Assembly: GCA_046563655.1 (NCBI GenBank)
Contig: CM102287.1
Coordinates: forward strand, 2,356,001 to 2,420,000
DNA from: Yuukianura sp. NJ FZ-2021
Lineage: Eukaryota
Direction: 5' to 3'
DNA length: 64,000 nt
Shown here: positions 1 to 13,354 of the stretch, one piece after another
Numbering within the stretch: position 1 is the stretch's first letter
How the letters are laid out: each line of letters opens with the position of its first letter
Translations under genes and position numbers: made by a program
Notes under the pieces: model-generated
Database searches by the model: none
The model's input: only the letters and a program-made list of their open reading frames with translations
What the model was told of the DNA's origin: nothing

Positions 1-357
1 CTCAACTGCCCTTTGAATCTTCTTTCCATTTGATTTTGGTGAATAATTTACAACGGACAGTTATCCAATTGATTAATTAAATTAACTAATTTTTTAAAAT
101 AATTAGAATTTAATTAAACAATTAAAATGAGTTGAAAGTAAATATTTGAAGTTAATTTGAGTTTGTGTTTTGACATTTGTAACATTGAGATGCCCAACTC
201 GGGAGAGTGTAAAGTAGCTTTTAGTAGGACGGTGACACTGAGATAAAAGAGTCAGCTGTGCTGTACTTGTTTATGTTCAAAGTTCAAGTGTGTGTCTCAA
301 ATTAGCAATTAACACCGATCAAATTAACAGACAATCAAATCCTCAGACTATGGGGGG

Positions 358-370
358 TGACCTCTGACCT
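358..370 (-). promoter_or_regulatory. Perfect nuclear-receptor DR1 element (AGGTCAgAGGTCA) near the WDTC1 5' end
   Basis: TGACCTCTGACCT on the + strand; function not demonstrated. Confidence 0.3.
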
Positions 371-647
371 CTCATTTGGTTCCACTTGTGTCAGTTACAG
401 TGGTAAGTTCCAAAGGTATTTGTTTTTGTTTTGTCATCTGATTGGGAATGAGGTCATTTGCTTTCTTTATCTCTGTGGTTCTTCGCTCCTATTCATTTTA
501 TTTTTCTACTGGGTGGTAGTCTAAACACGTTCAAACTGGTTTCTCACTTCATTTTCCAACAAGGACCTTTCGAAATGAAAACGTTTTGTCTTTATAGCTA
601 CCCTGTGCGGGTTGAAATTTGAAACGGAACGGTCATTGCGTTTCAAA

Positions 648-3600
648 ATGAAGAGTTTCGCTAACATTGTCCAACTTCAGAACGCAAGGGAAAGCGATGT
701 AAGTACAAAGAATCTAATCATCCTAATCCAGAAATTTGCAGAGTTAATCATGGGATATTTGGTGTTAGGTTCGCTATGGGCGGATCATGGTTAATCGTCA
801 CAAAGTTACTCAAGAGTTTATCAACCGATTGGGAGTGGTCGGAGAATTGGACGGACACACGGGATGTGTCAACTGCTTAGAGTGGAGTTCAGATGGAAGG
901 TAATCATTCACATCAAAATAACACACATTAAAATGCTGAGCTAAAAAGTATAACATTTGTATTGATTATGTAGGTTGTTGGCCTCGGGATCAGATGATGT
1001 CCACATTTGTATCTGGGATAGTTTCCGCAACAAGAAGCTCAGCTCCTTTGCTACTGGCCATCATGGAAATGTCTTCTCAGTCAAAGTAATAATTAGCAAA
1101 CTAAACAGTATCATTTTCATTACATTCCAGTTTCTCTCAACGTTCGTTTCTCATTTTTTTTCCAGTTTATCCCGAACACTTCCAATATGCAACTTGTTTC
1201 TGGTGCTGCAGACTCGTCAGGTAAATTCATAACTAAATGTCACATTTGTATCTTAGATTGTGCTAATAGTTAGTTATGAGTTCTTATATTCGCCTTTTCT
1301 TGTGTTTCAGTTCGAGTTCACGACACGATTGTTGAGGAATGCTTCCACGTTTGCACTTGTCATGATGCCAGAGTGAAGCGAATAGTCACAGATCCCAATA
1401 CACCTCATCTTTTCTGGAGTGCTGGTGAAGACGGGATGATTTTGCAGCACGATTTGAGAATGTCTCACACTTGTACCTCGGATGCCAAGAAGCCAAAGAA
1501 CGTCCTCATCAATTTGAAGTCTTATATTGGAAGCAGAGGGGAGGCAAAGTGCCTGTCAGTCAATCCAGTTCGGACGGAGCTGATGGCAGTGGGTGCAAAT
1601 GATCCTTACATCAGACTGTATGATCGCAGAATGATCAAAGTGCAATACCAGGAAACTGAAGATGGAACTATATCATCCGATTCTGCCGGGATTCCTTATG
1701 GTGCAGTTCAATACTTCGTACCTGGTAACTTTTTCCTCACTTCTTAGTTCAATACTTTTTTGTAAATTTAAATGTAAAGTGTTTGTAAATTGAAGACTCG
1801 ATGTGTTTCAGGCCACTTGCCTTCGAAAATGTCGGATTACAGACGCAGATATCGCTCACTGGCTTCAACGTACGTCGAGTTTAGTGCGGATGGGACTGAA
1901 CTCCTTGCGAATTTGGGCGGAGAACAAATCTACCTCTTTCCTCTGCGTCCTGATCTCCAGGAAGAACCGATTTTCACATTCAACATCCCAGACGCCACTG
2001 CATCAGGTTTTAACTTTTAACCTAACTTTTAACTTTTGTGTCAATCTTGTGTTGGATTTAATTTTTGAACTTGTTTGTGTTTATGCAGGGAATCTCAAGG
2101 GAAGTAATGGCTACACGAATGGACTCAGAAGGGATTCTGTTAATGAAACTATGGCTGCCACTGTCGTAACTTCAGAAACTCGAGCTTCGAAGCCTCCATT
2201 GCCTCCAAGTGTGGAGAAAATTAAAGCGGAAGTAAGTATATAGTAGCATTTTATCTCATTTTTAACGTTTTCGAGTTTATAATATTTTTTTCTTTGAAAC
2301 TAGGCTAATGATGCCTTTGATTCGCGAAAGTATGCTAGAGCGATTCAGCTCTACAACGAAGCCTTAACGATTTGTCCAAAGTCTGCTATTTTACTGGGGA
2401 ATCGAGCAGCGGCTCTACTCAAAAGAGCCTGGGATGGAGATGTGTACTCTGCTCTCAAGGACTGCTGCAGTGCGTTGGAAATTGACAGCGGACATCACAA
2501 GGCTCGTCTCAGGTGACAATGTCAACATTCACAGGAATTAAAACTTGAAACTTAATTTTACTTTTGAATATCCAGGTACTGTCGGTGCCTTTTTGAATTA
2601 TCCAAGTTGGACGAGGCGATGGTGAAATTCCAGGAATTTAGAGAACAGTTTCCAGAATACGCCAGAAGTTCAGTGGCCAAGCGCTTGGAAGACGATTTGA
2701 CGAAAGCCCTGAAGAAACGAGATGCTTCTCCTGCAGCATCAGAGGAAAGTAATCACTCCTTTCCCTCCAGTTCTACTTCGTCATCAGCGCAAAGCAGTTC
2801 GACCACAACATCAGGATCCACACGACATCTGACTCGGAGTTATTTCTTTCGTTTTTCAACTGGATCACCCGACAACTCCAACTCTACGCAGAACAGTGAC
2901 TCTCCGGATGCTGCCATGAATTCAGAAGACACTCCGCCAGTAGTCAACAGTACTTCGGAAGGAGGCGATGACTCTCCAACTAATGACACTGATGAGACTG
3001 GACCGCCACCGCAAAAGACTGCTAAGAAATCTGCCAAATTGGACGCCGCTGAGTCAGAGTTCAGGGCGAGAGCGGTGGATTTTTCTGAGCGATATTGCGG
3101 GTATCCTAATTTTTCTGACTCTAGTTCTGGAAACTGGTTGCTTTTAAATTTTTTTCGTACTTTGCCACTTGCTATTAGGCACTGCAACACAACAACGGAT
3201 ATCAAGGAAGCCAACTTCTTTGGCAACTACATTGTGGCTGGATCTGACGGTAAGACAAAAACTTTTTAAATTTTAAGATGTAACTAAACTGACTAAATTT
3301 TATGTTTAAAATGCTGTAGATGGGAGCTTCATAATTTGGGATCGAAAGACTACGAACATCGTGCGAGTTCTGAAAGGAGACGAGTCGATTGTGAACTGCC
3401 TCCAGCCTCATCCCTCCACTTGTCTCCTAGCAACGAGCGGAATTGAACAAGTTGTGCGTCTCTGGGCTCCACTTCCGGAAAATGTCAGTGCAGAAGATTC
3501 AGATTCAGAAGATTCTAACTTAATGTTTGAAATCCGTGAACATTAAAAACTGCCTGTGTTTGTTTTGTTAGGATGATGGGAAGGTGAATGATCGGTTGAT

Positions 3601-3778
3601 CAAGGACTGGAATGTGGTTGCTTCTGAGAATCAGCGTCGGATGAACTCCAATCCCTTTGAGATGATTTTGATGAACATGGGATTCCACGTGAACGCGGGA
3701 GGAGACAGAGATCCATCCGATGACGACGAAACTTCTGACCTCAACGTTACTTCGCGGGTGCAGTGCAACCAAAGCTAA
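648..3778 (+). CDS. WDTC1: WD and tetratricopeptide repeat protein 1 (adipose/DCAF9), multi-exon
   Basis: Spliced reading gives N-terminal WD40 repeats (ELDGHTGCVNCLEWS, LASGSDD, GHHGNVFSVKF, AVGANDPYIRLYDRR), a TPR region (KAEANDAF...GNRAAALLKRAWDGDVYSALKDC) and C-terminal WD repeats (RYCGHCNTTTDIKEANFFG, GDESIVNCLQPHPSTCLLATSGI, NQRRMNSNPFE). Introns are GT-AG. Confidence 0.93.
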
Positions 3779-4134
3779 ACAGAAGCTATTTTTTCAACAA
3801 CTCATAAACTTGCGTTTCACCGAAAGTAGAATGGATGCTCCAGTGTTGTGTGGAGATACGCATTAACTAATTTATTAGTCACTAATTTAGTTTTCTTTTC
3901 GTCGTCACTTCGTTGTGTGAAACGTCTCCCTTCCGGAGGCGAATTTAACGGTTGTTTCGTTTGTAATTAACGATTAACGTTTAGATTTAGGATTAATACG
4001 CAGTTAAATGGAGTAAGTTAGATCGGAAGTGACTAAACTGTCTTCGTTTTCGAAAGGCGCAATACGTTATTTGCTAAAATTAAACGCTGTATCCGAACTT
4101 TTTTTCAGTTGTTTCCTTTGGATTCTGTGGCTCC

Positions 4135-4620
4135 ACTTCTCTTCCTTTGATTAAAACTAATTAATACTTACGCAAATAAACTCTCGAATTCAATTAATTG
4201 CTGCAAAGTCGGAGGAATTAAACGATTACTGGATGGAAAAACAACTGATTAATTTGGAAATATGAGTGGCGGGAAAATGGAGGGAATTATTTTTTGAAAT
4301 AATTTATTTGGTTTGTGTAGCAGCTACTCGCACAATCCGGTGTCACCCGAATAATTTATTCGGTTGTAGTAGCAGTTACTGCACAGCACCCCTTGTCACC
4401 CTCTCTGATTTTGAACTGAACTTTAACATTGGGAGATAGGCAGAAGAGAGGAAAAGTTGACAGGAGATTATGCGACGCAAGAAGGCTACACTCACTCTCC
4501 TACCCCAACCCTTTTCCCGGTACTTGCCTTCCCATACAAAAAAGGAGACCAAAAGCCCTATGTCGCCTCTCTGCCTCGTACGATCCGCTGTCAACTTTTC
4601 TGCTCTCTCGCCTATCTCCC
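4135..4620 (+). repeat. Dispersed repeat, copy 1; probable non-autonomous DNA element containing an internal ~190-bp TIR-bounded unit (4431-4620)
   Basis: Reverse complement aligns over ~450 bp with 46146-46586. GGGAGATAGGCAGAAGAGAGGAAAAGTTGACAGG (4431-) pairs imperfectly with CTGTCAACTTTTCTGCTCTCTCGCCTATCTCCC (-4620). Confidence 0.8.
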
Positions 4621-5343
4621 CATGCAAAAGACTCTTTCAAAACTTGAACTTGGAGGCCACGATCATTTCCACAGCTAGTACAAATCACGAATCAACTCCA
4701 TCGATAGTACTCCGCCACAATCTCTTCTGCAAATATCCTTGCGCTTAAGTTGGCACAAAAAAATTGCAAACAGTCTTCAAAATTTTGTAAAATTTTGTAA
4801 AATTTTGAAAAATTTTGAAAAATAAAGCTTATGCATCATAGTTTCGTAGTTCCTAGATTTTTCTTTCAAAATCACGACCTCTCTTCAACGCGCAAAACAG
4901 CATCTCAAAAATTCTTTGGACCAATTGAAGCATTACTCTTATGATTGTAATTGTGCTTTTAGCTTTTTAGAATTTTGAAGTGGTTTGTGAGGAAATGAAT
5001 TGACTTTTGTGAGAAGCTGGAAGGAGACAAAGTGACACGAGCGATATGGCAATGACCTTAGAGGATAAGAGGGATTCATGTCCATTCGGTGCATTTGGAA
5101 GATGTTCTTTAGGAAGATTAAACCGGATCAGCACAAGACGCATCTTTCACTTTTTACCAAGATAATTCCTCACTTTCCAAAATAAAAAGTCCAATTTGGT
5201 CATCTCCAAAACTTAGAGATTTAACCCTTGGCCTCAGAGCAAACAACGCTTCAACATCTAAATAATTCCTAATGCATTTCTAAAAGTTTACACGCAACTC
5301 GGATCTAAATTTGCACAGGGAACTTCGGAAGGAGACTTCGGAA

Positions 5344-8300
5344 ATGGGTTTTACTCTACACATTTTCTTAGGTAACTTTTAATTTCCAATTTTTACTAAA
5401 CTACTAAAAAAAATTGACAAATATCTTGTTTTTAAAAGGTCTCGTGTCATTGCTCGCCCTTGCGGAAGGCGTGCCGCTGTTCAGCGTTGGAACAGAATTC
5501 AAATACCATTATGGTAACAACCGAAATATAAAATCCAAAATATTACAGAATTTTGAAAATTTTCAAATTTTGATTTTCGAAACTTGTTCTTTTTTAAACA
5601 GAGACTTTGGTGACAGCCGGCTCAGAGGCACCGCTGTCCTTTGCATCAGCATACAAACTCAAGGGGACGCTTGTAGTCTCCGCAGATTCCTCAACTACAC
5701 TCAATGTCAAGGTCAGCTAAATCAAAATGTACTTTTCCAAAAGTAAACTTTTTAAAACAACTTTTCTAAAATTTGAAACTTAATTTTTGTAGCTTGATGA
5801 CTTGAGTGTTGGTCTGTACAATGGGAAGTGGTCTTACTTTCCAATTCCAGAGATGAACTACTTTTCTCATCCACAATTGGCACCGCTTGCAGAGCCTTTT
5901 CAAATCAACGTAGAAAACGGAAAAGTTCGTTTAAAATAAAAAGAAAATTAAGTTTTCTTAATACAAAATCATGCAAGAAATTATGAGTGATTGAGTTAAT
6001 TCTTTTTCTAAAGGTCAAATCCATTTTGCTGGATGACCAGGAACCAGAATGGGCGTCCAACATGAAAAGAGGTCTCGCAACTTACTTGCAACTTGACCTC
6101 GAAAATGCCAACTTCAACGAGGTCACCATTTCAAACAAAAAAGAGGTAAATTCTTAAACATGACTTGGAAGTCGTTCGAAGTAACTTCTTCCTCTGTAGC
6201 ATTGAAATTCTATGCTAAATTTCTTTGATTTTGTGCTTGGCAGTTGACTACGATGGGAGAGTGTCGGACCAAGTATGAAGTACTGCCAAGTACAACTACT
6301 GCCAATCGCTTGACGAGAATCAACAAATTCAGAAACCACGCAGACTGTCCCGATGTCCCACGCAGAACCAGATACGCAACACACATCTTCTACCCCTGCG
6401 TAGACCAGTACACGAGGGCAAGACTTTTACACAAAAAAATTACAATTTGAAAATTGTAAGCTTTCAAAATTTTTAACTTGGTTTTTTTGAATTTTGCAGG
6501 ACATTATGAACTCGACTGCTTACTCTACGTATGAAATGGAGGTGAGAGATGGTCAGCCACTGCTGAAGCAGTTGACTCTTTTCTCGTCAGTGCTCTACTG
6601 GCCATTTACTTCTGAGGGTCCCTATCAATTCAGCTGGGTCAAGTGAGGTCAAAGGTCAAACAACTTTTTAAAACAAATCTTAATTTTTAGTTATGGTAAT
6701 TTCCAGCATGACTTTGTCCCTGGAATCGACTGGACCACTAGAAGCCAAGCCATTTCCAGCTCCACCGAATTCGGAGACGCATGAAGATCTGAGTTACGTT
6801 TTTGAGCAGTCTGACCCCAACAATGACCCCGAAGACGAAAATCCAGAACTCACAAACGAAGTGATTTTCTTCCATCACATCACTACAGACTCAGATCCAG
6901 AAATTCAAACAAAAACGATGGAATTGGTACAGTGGATTCTTCAAATTCAAAAAACAAAGTGTCTAGAAAATGTTGATTTTTTGCAGATTAAAGTCATGAT
7001 CCGTGAAACTGCGGAATCCCTTGTAAATACGGAGACGTTTTTCATGAATCAGCAGCGTTTTCACTCAAATTCGCCAAACACAATTCTGCCTCTGATCGCT
7101 TCTCTGGATTACGCAAGTTTAAAACAACTCTACGCTGAATATGAAGCAGCATCCACTGCAGGTTCTTTTCAAGTGACAGAACTGTAAGTAATTCAAAATT
7201 TAAAATTTTCTCCAACCAAAAAAAAATGTGAAATCAAGCTTGAATTTCATTTTGACTTGTGGTTTAGGCAACTTTTCCTGGACGGTTTGATTATGTGTGG
7301 AACGACGCCATCAACTCTTATGATTCGCGACATTCTACTGTCTACCACCGACATCGGAGTTTTAACACGCTTAGCTCCTTCACTTCCCCACTTCATCCGA
7401 AATCCTACTGAAGCACTTGCAATTGAAATGGACGTAAGACCAACAAAAGTTCAACCTTTTTGAAAAAATTTGAAAAAAATTTTTCAGGAAAAGTTTTTTG
7501 AAGAAAAGTGAAAGTGAGTTTGTTTTTTGTAGCCTCTGCTGGGGTTGTTGAATGACCAAAGATTAAGCAGCTCCATCCGACGCACAGTCACTTTCTCTTT
7601 GGCGTCGCTGATTGGTCGATGCTGTCGCAGAAGTGGGTGCGTCACTTCTGGCTTACTTGACAAATACATCAACTACTTCCAGAACAACTTAATCTGTAAA
7701 AACTAAATATTTAAATATTTGTTTAAACGAAATAGTTTAATGCCATTTTATATCTATGGTCACTCATTTTTGTTTTTTAGCGTCTTCAGATTTTGAAGAG
7801 CGAACTGTGGCGTTGCTTGGACTGAGAAATTTGCGTGTCGGTAAATCGCTTGATCAAGTGCTGGACATCGCTGGAGGGAAACTTGTGTCTGAGTCTCCGC
7901 TGAGAGTTCAAGCAGTTTGGTCACTTCGGAGTTTGTACTTCCAGGATCCAGATCGAGTGCTGGCCAGCATCCTTCCAGTATTTTACAACCGATCAGAATC
8001 GTGTCAACTGCGTACTTCCGTTCTTGGATTTGTGCTGAGTGTTGGTCCAGAGCAGAAGCTGCTCCATGACATGGCCTACTTCATGTGGACTGAAACCTGT
8101 CCCGATGTCCCCAACATCTTGAGGTCACATCTCATCAACGCAATGAATTCAAACAGTCCGTGTGGAAACAAACTGTGAGATTCACGCAAAAATCAGTTTC
8201 AAAACAACTTTTTTAACTTTTTCGAAATTTTGAAGGAAAACTTACGCTCGTACCATTTTGCGTTACTTGCCGCCTGGAGAAGTTGATCCACTGAAATCTA

Positions 8301-11300
8301 CGAGTTTCCAGGTTGACTACTACGACAGGAGTAGTGGTTTTGGGCACCAATTGTACTTGACAGTGCACAAGTCAGGGAAAACAGCAGTTCCAGTGTCAGT
8401 GTACTTGGGACTCAACAACTACATGGGAGGATATTCAAGCTCATACTTTGGGGTAATACTTCACATTTTCAACATTTTCATTTTGAAAACTCAAATTTTG
8501 AAACTGAAATTGAGCTAACGTGAACGCCATTTCAAAAATTAAAATATGCCCACATGGTGAATACATACAAAGAAAGGGGAATGAAATATTTTAAATTTCA
8601 AATAGCGTCTAGCTGAAAGTGAAAAAATTTCCGTCCAAAAATAATTTTAGAAAAACATAGTCAAAATTCGTTAGAATCGGACGCCTCCTAAACTTTTTCA
8701 AAATCTTCGGTGATTATTCATCTTTTTTTTAGATCAGTTAACGTTTCCAATTGTGGCAATTGTACTACTGTACAACTTAGAACTTAGGTGCAAATTCTTA
8801 GCGAATTGGAATTTGGAATAATTGTTGTAATGTGTGAATTGAAAAATGTTTGAATTGTAAAATTTTGAGTTGTGAAATATTGTTTTGAGGTTTTTATTCG
8901 GATGGAGGGAGTTGAGAAGGCGATTGCGAATGAGTTGGCTTCACTCCGACGCCTGGACGTGTCAAAGGTCAAAGAGATTTTGAGTAAAATTGGAGTGACC
9001 TCGAGAGCTACTTCTGCGCTATACTTGGAGTTTACTGTCGTCTACCATGACTATGCCCTGCATCACTACGCAGTGGACGCTCAGAGCTTAACAAAACTTC
9101 CGCAGTGTAAATCATCTTTTTCAAAATTTCATGTTTTTGAATTGTTCTTATTTTTGAAAATGTTGTAGATTTGAAATCTCTTGGACTCTTTGCTGAAACT
9201 GTAATGACAAACTGGGAGCGATCTGTTCTTGTCGGTGGAATTTTCCAGGAATTTCCGCTGGAGATTGGGACTCCAGTGTCCATTTTGGCTGGAGTGACTG
9301 GAATGGGCAGTATTGCCTACAACTCCACAACAGAAAACACTCCGCACAACTACGCTACCCAAACTAAATTGAAACTTCAGTAAAATTGTGAAAAATTGAT
9401 CAAAAAATTCAAAAAAGTTGACGAATTTTGGTATTTTGAAGGTTGAACTTGTTCGGGATTTCTCGGATAGCCAATCATGCTCCTGGACTGGGCACAATGC
9501 ACAGTGTAACGACACACAGAGGACTTCGCATGGTCTTGCCAGATAATTTCCAAATTGGACTGGACAGTAGTTCAGCTATTAAGTTCATCTCACATCCTCC
9601 AACAGGCAAAGCAAACTGGAATTTTCTTGATTAATTACTTTGAATTACTCTGAATTATCTTGAATTACTGTGAATTACTTTTGATTTAACAGGAAACAAT
9701 CCTTTGATAGCGATGGCCCACGGCACGAGTCTCACTGCGGTCCAATCAGATTCCACGACGCGTGTCAAGGACGATTTGGCATTGACTCTTCTGCGCAAGT
9801 CATGCAGTACCTGCCAGCAAGAACAAATCATCTCTCGTGGACCGCAGTTTCGCAAATCAGTCAGTTTTAAATCAAATTGAGCTAGAAATTATAGTTCAAA
9901 ACTTGAACTTCAACTTTTTTTAAAAAAGTTTCAAAATCGTTTTTGTTTTGTTACAGCGAACGCTCAAGTTCCCATCTTTTTTTCGTGGGATGCCGGCTGA
10001 AGTCAAGTATTTTGATTGTGAACGCGACCACTCCCGAACAGCCATGCTACAAAAAGTTTCAAAGTTTTTTCAATCTGAAAACCAGAATTCGGGGTGAAAA
10101 AAAAAGACGAACCAAAATAATTTTCAACTTTTCTATAACTTTTTGGAAAAACTGAATCTTTATTTTTTCAGAATTTTTGACTTTCCTCTTACCAAGCTGT
10201 TTCTGAGTTTGTCCCACGCTCGAGACTACATTTTTGTTGCTCCGCATGCTGAAACTTGTGGAATTTATGCACGGTTGGCCGTAGACGATTCCGCGGACAT
10301 CAAATTAGAACGCGTCAGTATTTTTTTGGGAAACTGAAATTTTATTTTTGTCTAAAATTCTTTCAAATTCGGATTTTTTAGGTGGAAGGACAAATGAAGG
10401 GTGGATTGACAGTGAGAGACGCTAACAACCAAGACAATTTCACTTTGTGGTTGCACTACGAATTGAATTTGAAATTCATTGGATCCAAACCTGGAAATAT
10501 GAAGATCAAATACAACTTTGAACTGCAGGAGAGATCCATCGAAACAAAAACAGTTTCAGTGAAGGCAGAAGTGCATGATGAACTGACTAAATTCCACAAA
10601 ATACTTTGTTTCAAACTGGATTCTTCAACGAACCGACTCCCGAAGGATTTCCTTAGCTTTGAAGACGAAAACGAACCGAAGGCGGAGCAAAGAGCCAAAT
10701 TTACTCTCGGAACTGTTCCAGAAAGGGACAGCAGTGACCTTGACCCGCCTTGTCTGGACAACGAAGGGCTCTTTGACATCTCTGCAAAAGCAGAGAGATC
10801 ACAAGAACAAAAAGTTGAAGCTGCTTCGGATCAATTTCCATACGGAATTTGCAACTCTGAAAAAAGAAGCCAAGATTATCCAGGAAGTTTTGTACCTCCG
10901 ACAGCAGCTTGTCATGCCGCTGCTTATGAACAAACAACTCTCCGTTCAGTAAATGTATCCATCAATTACAAGGTTATTTTCAAAATTTTGATTTTCGTGA
11001 AATATTTTGTGCTAAATTTTTGATTTGTGTTAGTTTTTTGATTTGTGCTTTCCAGATCTCCGAAGACTTGGAATCGAAACTGAGGCGTCCAGCCAATATT
11101 CTGCTGGGATTGGGAGGATTCCTTTTTTCTTCGTCTCGGAATGCTGCCGATGCTGGCCGATTCACACATTCGGAACATGTCCAAGGGGCAGGGGCCCTTG
11201 AAAACGGGAGGAAATACTTCCAAGGTCAAGTGGACTTGGACATGAACCTTAAGGACGCCGTGACCCTTGACCTCCACTTCCACGATGTCACAAACAACCA

Positions 11301-12240
11301 GGAGGAACACTTCCATGCCCTTGATTTCAGTTTTTTACCAAACTTTCTCAGAGTAAAACCAGTCTCCAGTCGCATGTCGCCGCTCTGGACACTCGCATTT
11401 TCAATTGGAGCAGTCAGTAAGATCAACTTTTTTAAAAAGTTTTAAATTTTAGGGTTTTTTGTATATATTTGAAGTATTTTTTGGATTGAAGGTCACTGCA
11501 GCGTCACTCCAGCGTCGGTGAATACGCTTGATGGTTTCAAGTTTTCTGCACCGTTAAGTGACTGCTGGACGCTGCTCAGTGGTGACTGCGGGGTCAATAC
11601 GCAATTTCTCATTCTAGCAAAGAAAATCTCTAATGAAAAAATTGTTAGTTCAAAAATTCAACTTTCTCACATTTGGTGAAAAATGTATTTTGAAAAATTT
11701 TGAATTGTGAAGTTTGGGAAGAAAAAACATAAGTTTTTACGGTTTTTTAGGGAATTTTGGTTCAGTTGGGGCAGTACAGTGTTGAATTTGGAGGCGACAT
11801 GAAACCTATAATCGATGGGAAGCAAGTGACACTGGATGACAGGAAAATATTCCACCACCAAAATTCAACGCATCTCCCATTTGAGTAACTCCAAAATCAA
11901 ATCCTAATTTCAAAATTTTCAAAACAAGAAGTATTTTAAAACAAATTTTGTTTTTTTCAGTGTTTTCCGAAATGGAGAAGAGGGTTATGTAGTTAGCAGG
12001 TCGTTTGGGATTTATGTGCGATACACTGGGCACTTCGTGACGTTGACCTTGGACAGTCGCTACCGCGGATTGACGTGTGGTGTGTGTGGTCACTGGGACT
12101 CCAGTGACCTCAATGACCTTGTGAGTCCCCTCTCCACTTGTCCAGCACTTCTCACTCCAACACAAATGACCAAAGCTTACGTCGTCACTCAGGGCAGTTG
12201 CTCCAACGCTGCAACTCAATGTCCAGCTACTCCAACTTAA
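5344..12240 (+). CDS. Large lipid transfer protein (vitellogenin / clottable-protein-like) paralog 1: signal peptide, Vitellogenin_N, vWD; ~24 exons
   Basis: Signal peptide MGFTLHIFLGLVSLLALAEG; Vitellogenin_N motifs (EWASNMKRGLATYLQL, ELTTMGECRTKY); C-terminal vWD (RYRGLTCGVCGHWD). Colinear with paralog 2, and the frame holds at the junctions checked. Confidence 0.85.
6646..6658 (+). promoter_or_regulatory. Perfect DR1 element (AGGTCAAAGGTCA) in an LLTP paralog 1 intron
   Basis: Exact HNF4/USP/Svp-type DR1 consensus; function not demonstrated. Confidence 0.3.
8521..8611. mobile_element. ~90-bp MITE-like element (GACGCCA-TIR family), intronic
   Basis: TGAACGCCATTTCAAAAATTAAAATAT ... ATATTTTAAATTTCAAATAGCGTCTA form an inverted repeat. 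Confidence 0.6.
9631..9680. repeat. Intronic 10-bp tandem repeat (TGAATTACTN) x5
   Basis: ttaattactt tgaattactc tgaattatct tgaattactg tgaattactt. Confidence 0.8.
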
Positions 12241-12469
12241 AACTACAACTCTAAACGATGCTTTAAAACACATTTCATAACCCAGTTTCACTTTTTATAG
12301 ATCTTGATTAAAACATTTCTAAATATTCCTTCATTTTTTATGAAAAATCTTTGCACCAAATCACGACAAATGATATTTTAAAATATGAGCCAACCCATGC
12401 AGTGTTACTGAAATTCCTAGAAAACTGTAATTCTCAAAACTGAAGGAAATGAATTTCTTTTAGTTTATC

Positions 12470-12561
12470 TAGACGCCAGTTGAAGTAAAAAATAATTCAC
12501 TCCTCTATTTTTGCATGTTTTTCATTGTGTTTATCAGAAATGATTTTTCTATTGGCGTCGA
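12470..12561. mobile_element. ~90-bp MITE-like element (GACGCCA-TIR family)
   Basis: TAGACGCCAGTTGAAGTAAAAAAT ... ATTTTTCTATTGGCGTCGA; 26 nt (TTTAGTTTATCTAGACGCCAGTTGAA) identical to the 47.3-kb copy. Confidence 0.6.
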
Positions 12562-13063
12562 GCTTTTACTTTCAATTTAGACCGATTTCTCAATTTTGAA
12601 GTTTCGAAATTTAAAATTCATTCAATTGAGTATTTTAGAAAGTGTTTGACCATTTGAGTTGAAAGTTTTGAGAAGTACTTTGGAAACAATTCTACTGCCA
12701 GCATCTTATGCTGACGTCTCATGACCTTCAGCTCTTTAGATCAAAAGTTTTTTTAAATTTTTTAAATTTTAGAGAAAGTTCAAAACTATTGGAAAGTTGA
12801 CACTTTGTAAACTATTACGAAAAGGTTGAAATTACTCAAAAGACATAAATAATTGTGAGCTAATGGGTAGAAATGAAAAGAATTGGACAGAGGATGATCC
12901 ATTTACTTCAGTTATTTTGGGCATACTGGTTTTATTTACATGAGAATTTCCAGGAAAGTGACTCCATTAGAATGGAGAAGTTAAAAATACTTTGGAGAAT
13001 ACTTGTGTGTTAATTGAGTTTGGAAGTAGATTAAGTTTTGATTGTGGTTTGATGACTTTGACT

Positions 13064-13354
13064 TTAGAAGTACTTGGCGAGCACTGCTGCTGCGAGGAGA
13101 GTAGAGATGCTGGATGCGATCTGTTTGGGGGCAAGTGATCCCGAGCCTTCCTTGGATGGTTCTGGGCTTGCGGCTGAACCATCCCCTCCTGGTGCTGCTG
13201 TCATGCCACCCGTCCCACCAGCCGCCGTAGTCCCACTATCGCCACCAGGAGCACCAGTTCCTGGTGGAGCAGTCGACTGCCCATGACACAGCTCCACGCT
13301 CAATAGCACCACCACAGCCAATGTCACCACAATCCGCTTACAAAACAACGCCAT
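13064..13354 (-). CDS. Small Gly/Ala/Thr/Pro-rich secreted protein with a C-terminal GPI-anchor-like signal
   Basis: Single coding exon: signal peptide MALFCKRIVVTLAVVVLLSVELCHG, low-complexity core, small-residue omega region (EGSGS) and hydrophobic C-terminal tail (ISTLLAAAVLAKYF). Probable 5' UTR intron upstream. Confidence 0.75.
   Translation of the reverse strand: MALFCKRIVVTLAVVVLLSVELCHGQSTAPPGTGAPGGDSGTTAAGGTGGMTAAPGGDGSAASPEPSKEGSGSLAPKQIASSISTLLAAAVLAKYF

Noticed and set aside
4376..4748. Several overlapping 60-90 aa ORFs
   Set aside because: They lie in a dispersed repeat, are not preserved in the second copy, and show no recognisable protein features.
9631..9680. CRISPR-like or other spaced repeat array
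   Set aside because: Simple 10-bp intronic minisatellite without spacers in a eukaryotic gene.
13064..13354. Springtail-type Gly-rich antifreeze protein
   Set aside because: No sustained Gly-X-X register, and it has a hydrophobic GPI-type C-terminus.
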